Assembly: GCF_001194135.2 (NCBI RefSeq)
Contig: NC_068997.1
Coordinates: 41,104,897 to 41,168,896, forward strand
Direction of reading: 5' to 3'
Source of the DNA: Octopus bimaculoides
Taxonomy: Eukaryota
DNA: 64,000 bases
The position numbers and the translations under genes were made by a program. The notes under the pieces were generated by a model, which was not told the origin of the DNA, ran no database searches, and worked only from the letters and a program-made list of their open reading frames with translations. Shown here in pieces: positions 26,023 through 39,974 of this stretch (its first letter is position 1; every line of letters begins with the position of its first letter).

Positions 26023-28030
26023 TATATATATATATCATCATCATCATCATTAGTGTTTTAGCATACAATTTTCTATGCTTGCATGGGTCAGACTGTATTT
26101 GTTGAGGCAGGTTTTCTATAGCCAGACACCTATACTGTTGTCAAACTTCACTCGTTTCCAAGCAAGGTATTTCTCATGGTCTTCACAGAAAACTGGAAAC
26201 AAGTGACATTGCTTCCATGATATTGCTGCTCTTTTACAACCATCAAGTGATTTCAGGACACAGATATATACCAGGAGACAGACAGGGACACTCACACATA
26301 TATGTGATGGACTTCTTTTGGTTTGTCTACCATATACACTCATGATGCTTTAATCAGCCCAGGACTATAGTACAAGACACCTACTCAAGGTGGCTTGTAG
26401 TGGAACTGAACCTGAAACCACCTGGTTGGGAAGTAAGTCTCATAACCACACATTCACATCTGCACCTAAACCACACCAAATAACTATGATTATGTTTCAA
26501 TAAGCCATTTTAGAATTACTAAATATTGCTATATATTGCAGAAAGTTTTCATATTCGTAAGTGCTATAAACAGATTAGCAGAACATTTTAAGTGTTCAGA
26601 GATTATTACTTAGCCCCAGTTTCCTTGAATGTTATCACCTCCATTTTCCATACTAGACTGGGTCCTAATGCTAATGTTATCCATAGCAGCAGTTAGAAAA
26701 CTTCAAACTCATCATTTTATCATGATGTTTTCCTTCATTTCCAGATTCAGCTTTTAGTTCAACCATTATGCTTTCTAAGGCTCTACTTCTACTCATTACC
26801 AGCTCTTATCTTGATATGCTGCAATAATCTTATGCTCATTAATTCATTACCATGTGTCACCTTATTTCAAAATGTCACACAACTACAACCCTTCCATGCT
26901 CTTTCTGGTCAATTAACCTGTTGGTTTCCTGCCAATTCTCTGCAGGAAATTTGTTTGGTTCCTGACATGTTTCAGACATGTAAATAAATGATTGCCTAAA
27001 GTATCTTTCTCAGGTCATCCTACAAACACCTGTAGAAATTCACTGACACCAACTCAAAAGTCTTCATTTACTGAGGTAACAGATCTACTTATAGAGCAAG
27101 CAATAACTTTGTGCTGAAGACTGCAACAGATGTGCTTTCTGATCAATGTTCTTCTGCATTCTTCATTGTCACAACTCACAAATTTTCGATCCAACCATAT
27201 TGTTCATCTAGCACTGCAGATAAAATTGCCATATTTGTCGCCTGCTCTTTTGTCTTTAAATCCATTCTCTACATGACACACACTACATTTTCTCCCAGGC
27301 TCTCCAATAGACTCCCCTACTGGATTTGTCTATTTTAGCCCAATCTGTTCACACTTTATTCAGATTATAGCTACCATGTGTGACATCTCAACCACTTATC
27401 CAATGTTGATTGCTTGTCACATTCCCACCTCATCATGGAAGCAGTGTGCTTCCCACTCTCTCTTTCCCCCTATCCATGACACCTATATAGCTAAACTGTG
27501 TCCCATTTCTAATAAGTGACCATCTCTGATTGACAATTCTCTGTCTTTCTCATTCATAGGCAATATTTTTGTAAAGAAAACTGACACAGTTTATCATCAT
27601 CATCCTCTCTTAATGTCCGCTTCTTTGCTGGCGTATGTTGGATGGTTCAACAGAATTTGATGAGATAGAAGACTGCATCAAGCACCAGTGTCTACTCTGG
27701 CATGGTTTCCATGGCTGGATGCTCTCACTCACACCAATGACTTTACAGAGTGTACTGGGTGCTCTGTTCACAGCACAAGCACTTGTAAGGTCACCACTTA
27801 ACTTGCAAGATAAGATCCCTCAACTAAGTGTGCATGTGTGGGGGGGGGTAGTATTAAGGAAGATGGCTTCATCTCAGTTGTTGAGAGATTGAAGTATGAG
27901 AGAGGGTCTTGAATATTTTACTTCTCAGTGACTATCATAGCAACCATCTAACAAACCACCTATTTCTTTCTTGCCTAGTATAATTGCTCTTTAGTAAAAG
28001 TATATTTGAGGTCTCTTTTGGTAAGAATAT

Positions 28031-28420
28031 TTACTATTTTACTTGTTTCAGTCTTTTGACTGTGGCCATGCTGGAGCACCGCCTTTAGTCGAGCAAATCG
28101 ACCCCAGGACTTATTCTTTGAAAGCCTAGTACTTATTCTATCGGTCTCTTTTGCCGAACCGCTAAGTTACGGGGATATAAACACACCAGCATCGGTTGTC
28201 AAGCGATGTTGAGGGGACAAACACAGACACACACATATATATATATACATATACATATATACGACGGGCTTCTTTCAGTTTCCATCTACCAAATCCACTC
28301 ACAAGGCTTTGGTCGGCCCGAGGCTATAGTAGAAGACACTTGCCCAAGATGCCATGCAGTGGGACTGAACCCGGGACCATGTGGTTGGTAAGGAAGCTAC
28401 TTACCACACAGCCACTCCTA
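28031..28420 (-). mobile_element. tRNA-derived SINE family B, near-intact copy
   Basis: Minus strand has A-box TGGCTGTGTGG (28404-28414) and B-box GGTTCAGTCCC (28361-28371); internal (CA)/(TA) microsatellite; CpGs retained. Confidence 0.85.
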
Positions 28421-28819
28421 CATATATATATATTTTCTTGTAAATGCCAACAAATTATGAAAATGATATATTTTTTTGCCAAGCACTGACGATAGTGGAC
28501 AAAATGTGTGTATGTCAATTCCACCAGGAGATAGGTTACCATAACAGGTTAAAAGCTATTCCCAATATCATATTTTTGGACAGGGAATCATGGAATAACC
28601 AATAATAGCATATTGAATGTCTTGCTCCATGTTTACCTCATATATGTGTGTGTGTGTCTGTGTGTGTATAAATATACATGCACACATGTATGTATGTGTA
28701 CGCTTAACTGGTATATAAGTCTGGAAGAATCATAAAAGATTAGGTGTATATGTGAATATGTGCAAGTACAATTTTATTATTTTACTGGTTTCAGTCATCA
28801 CACTGAAGTCATGCTGGTA

Positions 28820-28995
28820 CAAGACGAGCAAATTCGGAGGGGATGGGAGTAAGTCGATTATATTGACTGCGAGGCTCAACTGGTACTTACTATGTTGATC
28901 TTGGCAGAATTTGAATTCAGAATGTAAAAACCAGTGAAATGCTGCAAAGCATTTTGCCTAACATGCAAATGATTCTGTCAACCCACAGCCTTTAT
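28820..28995 (-). mobile_element. SINE family A, internally deleted
   Basis: Reverse-complement homology to 17445-17679. Confidence 0.6.
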
Positions 28996-29040
28996 AACAC
29001 ACACACACACTATATATATACTTTATACTATATACTTTAG

Positions 29041-29251
29041 CATTTAGCATTCATATTATTCTGTCAAGCATAATATTCATTCGTTCAAATTGGCTTGAAT
29101 TAATCATGCATTATCTCACTGGTTCTAGACATGATTGCATATTTTTAGAATGACATTGTATGGTAGGGTGTGAGAAGCTGAATTTGGTCAGTTTGAACAT
29201 AAAAGATGTAGAATATTTGGACCTGATATGGCCGGCCTAAATGTTAAAGGA
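29041..29251 (-). mobile_element. piggyBac-type MITE family C, reverse orientation
   Basis: Reverse complement of the 55215-55435 body; ends aaagga|TTAA. Confidence 0.7.
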
Positions 29252-29607
29252 TTAATTACATACATATATGTGCAGGTGCGTCAATGTTGTAAACAATGAC
29301 ACACCTGTCAACCATATAGTTCCAGTTTCAATCCCAGTGCATGGTACCTTTGACAAGTTTCTTTTATGACTGCATCAGTAAATAATTGACCAAAGCTTTG
29401 TATGTGAAATTTGTTAGATGGAAACGGTGAAGAAGCATGTCATATGCATATTTATTTGTCTGCATACACTAGTTTAAGCACCTTGTAGTATTTTTTTCTT
29501 TCCTTGGGAGGAGGTGATTTCCTAAAAGGATTAAATCCAATAGGTGAACTCAGCCATTTGATGGATAGAGATTGATAGAAAAAAAAAAAAGAAAGAAAAA
29601 TGTGGCT

Positions 29608-29789
29608 GTAGGTGCAGGTGTGGTTGTGTGGTAAGAAGCTTGCTTCCCAACCTCATGGTTTCAGGTTCTGTTCCACTGCGTAGCACCTTGCACAAGTGTC
29701 TTCAACTATAGCTTTGGGCCAGCCAAAGCTTTAAGAGTGGATTTGGTAGAAGGAAACTGAAAGAAGCCTATCGTATATGTCTATGTATG

Positions 29790-29842
<53 letters not shown>

Positions 29843-30060
29843 AAATATGTCTGTATTTGTCCCCCATCACCGCTTGACAATTGGTGTTGGTGTGTTTACG
29901 TCCCCATAACTTGGTGGTTCAGCAAAAGAAACTGATAGAATAAGAACTAGGCTTAAAAAAGAACAAGTCCTGGGGTCGATTTGTTTAACTAAAACCCTTC
30001 AAGGTAGTGCTCCAGCATGGCCATAGTCAAAAGACTGAAACAAGTAAAGCAATAAAAGAA
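29608..30060 (+). mobile_element. SINE family B
   Basis: Reverse complement of 28031-28420 along its length. Confidence 0.8.
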
Positions 30061-31164
30061 CAGACTAAGTTCTAGAGTTCATATAAATTGGTCAAAGATC
30101 CTTAAAGACATTGGAACCCTGACATTGGCCAGAAACGAATAAGTGAAATCAATAAAAGGATACATAATAAATAACAAGATGGATAGGGAGGTCAGAGCAG
30201 AAGATATGGAATACATAAAAGTAAAGATTAATGAGCTGGATATAATTTAACTCTCTAATTGGTCATTCCTCATCCTATAGACCTGTGATCAGATGGACAA
30301 TCCTACCATGTCTTTACTGTAATCATTTTATACTAAATGTATTTTGTGCTATGTTATATACACTGTGTCCTTGCTGTTTTGTTTTCTGATTACTATTTTG
30401 AGATGTCAAGCTGTGAATTCAGAGTGATTTGACTATTATTTCTAGCTAGTCACACATCTATGTAAAGTTTACCCTGTTTGGTTTCTAAAATGTCTGGTTC
30501 TTCAAATTTGTTATTGTTTCTTCCACAATGCTGAAAGTAGGAAATGATCTTTGATAATTCTACATTACTCAAGTGGAATATTAACCTGACAAACTGACAG
30601 TAAAAATTCTAACTTCAAATGACTGTACCTTCATTCCTTCCCCTCACATAGTATTTACCTTTCTTTCAGTCCTTGTTTTTCATTAATGTTTCATTTTATT
30701 TTAAATATTCAGAACTTTAAACACTTCATCCATTGTCTGACTTTCCCAACCTCTGAATCTTTCTTCTTCTTTCTCTTTGATATGTCTCTTTCTCTCTTTT
30801 ATACTTTTACACATACACGCACTCTCATACACACACATATATATATATATATAAGTAAGCTGATTCACTGCTTGAATAAGGCCAGTTAAACTATAGCTAG
30901 TTTTCGTTCTACTTTCAGGCCTTGGAAAAATAACATACCCATGTTATGGATTGATATATACTCAGACCACTTTATTTGAAATCGACTAAAAGTAAGCTCT
31001 GCGCATGTTTTTGCCTAGTACTGATGTGCGCCAATGCTTAAGTGACAGGCCGTCCCCTTCTCTAGGGCCACAGCAAACAGATCTGTGCATGACTGCTAGC
31101 AAGCTATTTGTATTACTTATATTAGAACAATCACTAGATACACAGCCAAATAATATGATTTGAT

Positions 31165-31231
<67 letters not shown>

Positions 31232-31241
31232 GCTACTACTA
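31165..31241 (+). repeat. (TAC)n microsatellite; the complementary (GTA)n lies at 32698-32759
   Basis: Seen directly. Confidence 0.95.
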
Positions 31242-31469
31242 TTACACAAATTTTTATTACTGGTTGCAGAATATACTAAATTAGATCTGTCTCACATTTA
31301 CCTATTCTTCCTGTGTTTTTTGTGTGGTTATGCCTTCTAAAAACATCTGTCCTCGAAAAGCAACAATACACTCTCTACTCTTGGTTCTACCATTTTTAAT
31401 TGTCACTTCTGTTTTCTTTCTCACTCACTCACCCACTCACCTGCATGACTGCCTGTTTCTTTGACATTT

Positions 31470-31502
<33 letters not shown>

Positions 31503-31903
31503 CATGTGTGATTTCCCCCTCTCCTCTTATCTACTGGACTAACCATTCATATATAATTTCACTTGTGCATCATATTTAAAGGAAGTGTCAACTGTTTTTC
31601 ACATTACATCTTGTATCAATATTCTGTTGTTCTGATTTAAATATATAATTATAAATTAATATGATAATCTATACTAAGTTTCTCCATGTTGTAGTCATAA
31701 ATATTAGTTGATGTACTTCCATTCCATGTTCAGTTCAAAGTTCAAATACCTCTGATATTAACAACATTACCCTTTCACCTCTGGAATACTTTAGATACTC
31801 TGTTATAAAGTTCTTTCTTCACAAATCTATGTTGCGAGTTATGGTGACTATTTTCATCAAAAATATCTTTCTAGTTTTACTATATTTATATGTTTGTATG
31901 CAT

Positions 31904-32280
31904 AGGTGTAGGCATGGCTGTGCGGTAAGAAGCTTGCCTCCCAACCACATGGTTCCAGGTTCAGTCCCACTGCATGGCACCTTGGACAAAGTATCTTCTA
32001 CTATAGCCTTGGGCTGACCAAAGCCTTGTGAGTGGATTTGGAAGATAAAAACTGAAAGAAGTTTATCACGTGTGTGTGTGTGTATCTATGTATGTGTCTG
32101 TGTGTGTGTTTGTCATCCACCACCACTTGACAAATGGTGTGCTTACATACCTTGTAACTTAGTGGTTCAGCAAAAGAGACTAATAGAATAAGTACTACAC
32201 TTAAAAAATAACTCAATGCCCTGCCCCAGCATGGCCACAGTCAAATGACTGAAACAAGTAAAAGAAAGATAAAAGAAAGA
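31904..32280 (+). mobile_element. SINE family B
   Basis: Head ggcatggctgtgcggtaag...ggttcagtccc; body homologous to 29608-30060. Confidence 0.8.
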
Positions 32281-32697
32281 TGTATATATGTATGTATTAT
32301 TCACTAATTTGTGCGTGCGGGCATGGGAATATGTTTCCCAAGGCAAACTGCAGTGAAAAAGTCTTTACAAGTTCAAATACGTTACAAACCTATTTGAACT
32401 AATCTAAAGTTGGTATATATGCTTTTATTCTTTATCTGTATGGTATCTGTAACAAACTCTGATCTCCTCCCAGGTAATTTTACTCTATCAGATAAGGATG
32501 AAAACAGTAGCTTAAAACTCCAGACTATATTTGTTGAGACTAGACAATAATATATATATATATAAAACCAAAGTTTAAATTACTGATAATTTATAAACCT
32601 CTCATTAATAGAGGGAGGCCAATTGAAAATTATGACATTTGGTATTTCCAAAGGCTTTTGTAACATCAGTAAAATGGGTTCAGTTGGGTTTCAAAAT

Positions 32698-32738
<41 letters not shown>

Positions 32739-33412
32739 TGCAGTAGCAGTAGCAGCAGTAATTTCCCAGTATATGCTAGCTCTCTTTTGGTAAGAATATA
32801 TAATCTAAATAGGATGCAAATACAATTCTACATTAACGCATCTAGAGGTTTATTACACCAATGAACATCTAATTCTTTTGTATATTCATCTCAAATAAAA
32901 ATCAAATTAAGAACTTTATTGATTTTTCTTCAAAATTACATTGTCCAGTTATTATTTTTTTTTTTTTATATTTTTCTTTTTTATTTGACATCATTTAAAA
33001 TAACTGCTTTCAATCTGAAATATGGAAAAAAAATATGAAGAAAAAAAAAACAAAATGCAGACAAAACATAAAGAAACTCTCAGCCCAACTGTTATATATT
33101 CTAATTTAGACTGAAACCAGATCTTAAGCTTTAATGCTTCTAATAGCCCCCAAAAGCTAATATGTTATGTTTTCACTAGTTTAAATGTACTGTGATGGAA
33201 ATATTCCATTTATTCTATTTTGTAAGTGACCACTATATTTTAGTTCAAATGTAGTGTACGTTTTAAAAAAAACTAACAAAAAAAACAAAAAACTAAAAGC
33301 TAATTTTCTAATGTAATGTTTTCCAAAATTTCTTCTAAACAATTTATTTCCTTTCTGCATTCAAATATTATTCGACTTTCTTACTATATTCTTCGTCATA
33401 AATATATTTAAG

Positions 33413-33446
<34 letters not shown>

Positions 33447-35809
33447 CACTTCTTAAAGATTTATAGCATAGAATTAATTCTGCACCTGCTAGTATTTGGG
33501 GTTTTTGGTTTTACATTTGTTACTTTTTTTTACACTTTCTTAATTTGAGTTATATATTTTGGCTAATTTGATATTAAATTTAAAATTCCTCTCCTCTCAC
33601 TATTGCTGCTCTGTGTGGCTATGTTTCATGTTAAAACACCCGTTAAACAGAAATTTATTTGTATATCTACTTTAATTTTAATATTTCAATAGAGAAATTA
33701 TTTCAACATTTTCTGCTATTCAGTTGGAAGGTAAAAACAATGCGGGTTTTCATGACAAATTTCTGCTCCTTTTTATTTTGTTCTTCTAGAATCCTTTTTC
33801 TGGAATAACATGTATAGCTACTGAGTAATTTTGATTGGATTTAAGAATATCTTGTAATGACGAGTTTCACTCCGGCTAAAAGAAATAAGCTAGGAATTTT
33901 AAATTATGTTGACCTGGAAGAGATATCATTATCTACTTGAATACAGAACATCTCTATTCTTTATATTCATCATGTATGCATGTATATATCTTTATGTATA
34001 TATATGTGTGTATGTATGTATGCATGCATGTACGTACTTATGTGTGCATGTATGTGTATATGTAGCTACTCTCTAGCTACTCAAACACGCATACATGCAA
34101 ACACTTCCACACACACACATGCATGCACACACATATACATTTGTCTATGTGTGTATACATATATGTATGTATATATTTTATTAACATGTATGCTTATTCA
34201 CACATTTGCCCACATGCAAACATTCACCATCATAATTCCTTGTTTGTCTTTCTCTTTAATCTTGATTATTTCTGCCTAATCTTGATTAATATATATGAAA
34301 TCCTTCCTACCTCATTAGAAAAATCTTGTCTCATTATGTATTAATTGTTTGATGATGTAGCATTGCTTGTTTTTGAATATATCATGCAGTAATCTGATCT
34401 TGTGTCTCCTCTCTGAGCATGTCAGGGAACAAGCAGACATTTGGGACAATGAGGTGGGATAATGTGTGTGTGTGTGTGTGTGTGCGTGTGTGCGTGTGTG
34501 CGTGTGTGTGTGTTGAGAGAAAGGGCAGCTACAGGTTTGTGTTTGTGTGTCTCTAGTCTCTATCCCATACACTTGTAGGATAATTAGTCAATTTTTTTTA
34601 AATGGAGTTTCACATGTAAACTAATGAATGGTCATTCTTATTGACTTCAGAGAGTTGAATAAGGAAGAGATGACAGTCATGCCTTTCCTAAACTTATTAA
34701 CAAAATGAATAAGTTAGTTACAACTGGTAGCTGAATCTGTATGATTGTACTTGTACTCACTCCACATGTAACATACCAGCATGCATGCATGTATGTATGT
34801 ATGTATGTATGTATGAATGTAAGTGAGTGATTTAATTATATTAACCATAGTAGTTCTGAAAGGGCCATGGTTTTGGCAGAAATAGTGTAGCACCGGATTT
34901 TAGCTTTGGTGTTCTCTACCCTTCTGTGACAAAATTAGTACCAGTAATATTACTGTACAAACAAATTATCCCACTCTTAACAGTAACTGGCCTTCTATCT
35001 CCTTCAAGCTAGTTGAAAGATTTTTTATTTCAATTTATATTTATTCCACCACCACCACAACCTCGTGTGTGTGTTTGCATATGTGTAATCATATCACATT
35101 TCACTGTTATTGTTAAGTTGCTGAATGGTTGTAAGTAAAAGTCTATGCGTGTTAACAATTTCAAAAAGATAGGCGCATTTACCATACCAGTTGGAATAAA
35201 TGTTTGAATTCTTCTTAACTAGAATTAATTTAGGAAAAGATTAGATGGACCATCATTGGTCATATAGCATCTTCATTATAGAACCAACTGTTATTATTAG
35301 TGAGGTTATAGATGATTAGTGAAGAAACCAAAGTACATTTGACTTTACCAAATAAATGATGAATTTTTTTAAAAAGTTGTTCTTACGCTTACATTAATTG
35401 ACTAAAACTAGAATGTGTTTGTGTTTTAATCACTTTATAGCAATGTCAGAGTTTTTAAGTATTTTTGGTAATCTTTTATCAACCATAAACACAATAGCAT
35501 TGGCTGCATGCCTATTCCAAACAAGGCAATACTCAGCTCTATATTGACAAATCTTGGTTTGTAGATATTGGTTATGTTAAAGATGTGCCTAGAGAAAATT
35601 TAATTATCATTTTGTTTGATTACCAAGTGTTTTACTGTTGTGATCGTAATGATTTACTTTAAACAATTAGAATAAAATTCTTTATATTCTTATCTTGTTT
35701 AAAGCTTTACAAAGAATTCTATCAACGGATTACATGGAAAAACATAAAAAGTTAAAAAGACATTTTTGTTACACGTATAACAGCAGTTTATATTTAAAAC
35801 AACATTAAA

Positions 35810-36230
35810 CCCTTTTGATGCCAACCTGCCTGAAAGTGACTACCACTGGTTCTTTGATACAAACTTCAAAACCTTTCATCAAAATTCCATGTTCTAAACA
35901 CCAGCTTGATAATGGTTTCAAATTTTGGCACAAGGCCTGCAATTTTGGGGGTGGTATTAAGTTGATCACATTGACCCCAGTGTTTAACTGGTATTTATTT
36001 TATCTACCTCGAAAGGATAAAAAAGCAAAGTCGACCTCAGTGGAATTTAGACTCAGAACATAAAAAAACAGATGAACTGCCGCTAAGCATTTTGCCCAGC
36101 ACAATAACAGTTCTGCCAGCTCACCACCTCCACACCAGCTTAATAATGACAATGTTTGTTAAATTCTTTATTCTTAAAATTAATTGAAGTAAAGCTAGAG
36201 TATTTTACCAGAAATATTATAACAGAAGGG
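35810..36230 (-). mobile_element. piggyBac-type MITE family D interrupted by a family A SINE
   Basis: Termini cccttttgatgccaac and aacagaaggg|TTAA mirror the inner element at 14034-14256. Confidence 0.65.
35915..36130 (-). mobile_element. SINE family A with 17-bp target site duplication
   Basis: Full-length reverse copy flanked by acaccagctt(g/a)ataatg at 35898-35914 and 36132-36148. Confidence 0.8.
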
Positions 36231-38888
36231 TTAAGTCTCTTTGGCACTATTGTATCTACTAATTATTGGTTAATGTTAGTAATTTTGTTTTGTTTTTTTT
36301 TTTTCCTTTTTAAATTTAGTGAAGACTTTTCTATCATGTCATCTCATCTACTCACAGTTTACAATTAAATATTACCTTGTAGTGGTATCTTTTTATGTTA
36401 AATTATGTTTATATACTTGGCAATACCAACCCTTCATCATCAACTAAACTCCAACATGTGGCTTGTTTTATTGCTATATTTAGACACTTGTACTGCAATG
36501 TTGCAAAAAGAAGATAGCAAAATAAGATGATATTAGCAATGATAATAGTTTCTTATTTTCTGTAACAAAATTAAAAATTTGCAGTCATTACTTCATATTG
36601 TGTCCATGTAATTAGTGTCGTTTTTTTAAACTTAAAAGTATTATTAGTATACCGAAAATAATATTTTAATTTCCTGCTGTGTCTAATTTATGTTTTTCTG
36701 TAATCAAATATTAACAAGAATATCCCATATTATTTATTTTCATATCTTTTTTTTTTTTCCTTAATTTTCTCAAGACTGAAATATTTTTTTACAAATAGCT
36801 TTTATATTAATATTTTGCATTTAACAACTAATGTAATTAAATATTGATATGAAGACTCTTAGAATTAGTTCTCTAGGTGTAAATTTCTTCACCATAAAGA
36901 TTTAAATCAGAGAAAGAAGGATGATGTTGACTGAATTTGTTTGCTTTAAAATGTATGAGGAGTGAAAATGTGAAAAATTTATTTTGATTGATTAATCTGA
37001 ATGTGAAAGTTTCATGAAATGTTTGGATGAAGCATGATATACATAAATAGATTTTTTTTTATATTCTGTTTAATTTACTGCATATTTAAAACAATCAGTG
37101 GATATTATTCTTACTTTCTGCCTCTGCTTAATAAATATTTCATCTACATGAGAAACATGATTTTAAATTAACTAATTTGATTTCTGTCAAATTCTAATAG
37201 ACAAAGACAGATTAGAGTCATCCAGAGAGCAAGTATCAATTTAAAATGCTAGGAAGTCTCTTATTTATTTAAACTTTCAGTGCTTTTGTACAAAATAGCT
37301 CTTGAGCTAAATTCGAAACCCAGGCTTTGTACTGATTATTTAGTTTTTGGATCTTTTGCAAGCTTGCTTATACCAAATATGGAAGATTTTCTTCAATCCT
37401 TTTTTTATGTCTAATTTTATGAAGAACAACAATGAAGCCATGTTATTTAATGAAGTTAAAATTAATATTGTCACAGATTAACGATATAATGTACAATTTT
37501 GAGATGCTTTGAAATGACTCCATAATTTTTTTTTTATGATATTCCACAATAAATGAATACAACAATGTATTAAAGCAATCAATGAAAGTTTTTAGCTGAA
37601 TATTTCAACATGCAGTAATAAAAATGTGTTGAAACACCAACCAGATAAGATCTAACCTATCTCATTCCTGCTATGGCAGTTATAATGGTAAAACAATAAT
37701 TCTTCACTTGTAAAAATACTCATCGTACCAGATATAACACAAATGGCTGATACGTTTATCTTGGAATTAATCATTATGTAAACTCTGATTTTTTTTTCCC
37801 CCTTTCTGTCTTTGGAAAGAAGCCAAGTGAAAAGTAAATATTATATATTGATTCCTTGTGATTAAGATGTTGTATACCAGTTATTAGCTTCACTTTGAGG
37901 TCCTTTGAAATCTGCTTCTATAACAGTAATATCTTCCTCATCAATTTGCTAAAGCTCATTAGTGCTCTGTCAAAGAATGAATATTTATCTTCAGTTGGCT
38001 ATCCATGTGTGGCACTTATGTCTAAAGTTATCTGAGAAATTTTCCTGTCATTTTCTCTAATTATACCTAATGCTGGCCTATGCCCCTGGAATAAGAATTG
38101 GTATAAGTATAGTTACAGTTCCACACCAGACACTCCCTCCACATCTTGCCAATGATTGCATAAAAATATTCTTCATGCTATTATAAAGAAAAATGAAAAC
38201 TAGCTTCTCTACTATTATGCAACTTTCACCATACCTATGCAACACAGCAATGTTCTTTAATTCTTAATTCCATATGGATATAATTCTGTATAGGATAAAA
38301 AGTTGAAGATAATCTTCAGCCAGCAGCATTCAGAAAAAACAAAAAAAAAAAAAGCAAAATCTATTTTCTCTCATTAATTTCTATTTCAAGATAAGTTGGT
38401 TATCATAGTTGTCATTGATTAATTCAACCACCTACTCTAGTAGAGAGCTGCTGTAGTAATGACTGTCAGATGTATTACTCTTTAGTTAGGTAAATACAAT
38501 CACTGTTGACAGTTCTATTAAATGTGCATCTTACAAAACATGACATAATCTAGGTAGACCATCACTCCTTTCCAACTGTGTATTCTAGATCAGGAGTAAA
38601 GTTTTGCAATTATCAAATCCTTATGAATGTTTATTCTTATTTATCCTAAAATATATGTCTTCAATACAAGATATAGAATAGAACTTTATTTGTTCAGTTG
38701 ATGCCTTATGCTTCTACTCACTCTCATGAATAGTTCATATAACAGGGCCTATCTGATTGATTAAGCAACCAGGAAACTTCAATTAACTGCATGAGTCATG
38801 AGCTGAATGTATATCAGTGTTTACTTCGTGTGTGTGTGTGTGTGTGTGCACGCGCGTGCGTGTGTGTGTGTGTGTTATGTTATGTGTT

Positions 38889-39078
38889 ATTTCTTTACTA
38901 CCCACAAGGGGCTACACACATAGGGGACAAACAAAGACAGACAAACGGATTAAGTCGATTATATCGACCCCAGTGCATAACTGGTACTTATTTATTTGAA
39001 CTCAGAATGTAGCGGCAGACGAAATACCGCCAAGCATTTCGCCTGGCGTGCTAACGTTTCTGCCAGCTCGCCGCCTTG
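38889..39078 (-). mobile_element. SINE family A, young copy with internal deletion
   Basis: Reverse-complement of 17445-17679 with CpGs retained. Confidence 0.8.
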
Positions 39079-39079
39079 T

Positions 39080-39115
<36 letters not shown>

Positions 39116-39974
39116 GCTTAAAAGAATATTTGTTCATTGCTTTTTCACTTCCATTTTCCCATGCTAGCATGGATTAGATGAATATATTATCAAGACATCG
39201 TTTTACAGCCTGATACCCTTCCTGTCATTAGCACTTGGCTATTTCTCAAGCAAGGAGGCTTTTCAGTCATTTGCCTTCAAGGCTGTAAAGCTCAGAGATG
39301 ATTTCTTAACAAGAGGAATGGCAGCATCCCTGCTTGTAGCTTGTGGCTATCAGAAAAACACACGTGTAAACAAACACAAAGGCACACATATATACACACA
39401 CACATACATATAAAAACATATGTCTGTGCATGTGTGTGTGTGTATTAACACGTGTGCATGTTTGTGTGTCTGCATCTTTGTTTACATTATAACAGTAACT
39501 CACTTCAAGTGGAGTCAATGTTGTCACTTCTTCCATCAACAAACTGTTCACTCACTTCACACATCTAAAATAAAAGATAAGCAGGTAGGGGGTTGCAACC
39601 AGGAAGGCATCTGGCTGTAAAAACAGTGGACCAGAAGTATATACATTTTAAAGATGTGTGCATGTAGCAAATCCAAAATTAAGGATTAAAATTTTTTTTT
39701 CTTTTACTTCGGTCATGTCTTTGCATTTGTATTTGTTTCGCTAAAACACTGCTATGAGTGCATTTACTAATCTACTAACACTCAGTTTACCGTGTATGTG
39801 TGTATGCACATACATATACATATTCCAGAAGCCTGAAGGAGTCAGGCTCCCATTAGAGGCCTGCGAAACTTAAAGTAGTATGAAACCAAATCATACTGTT
39901 TTAAATAGTATATACATAAATATGGTAAATGGAAGATGGAATATACAAGAATCTTTATTAATCACGATAGTTGT

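Noticed and set aside
26600-27590. Possible degraded LINE
   Set aside because: No RT or endonuclease motif could be read in any frame tried, so it is left unassigned.
28361-28414. tRNA gene from A/B boxes
   Set aside because: The boxes are the head of a multicopy SINE; no cloverleaf is evident.
32313-32322. GCGTGCGGGC as an EGR-binding site for NAB feedback
   Set aside because: Does not match GCG(T/G)GGGCG; it adjoins GT-rich low-complexity sequence.
33724-33730. 7-nt microexon-like TTGGAAG with TGC upstream and donor gtaaaa
   Set aside because: Frameshifting in a phase-0 intron; pairing with the neighbouring candidate at 33790 gives a stop.
36320-36385. Strong pyrimidine tract and TTTAG acceptor
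   Set aside because: The first codon in the required phase 0 is TGA, and there is no good donor.
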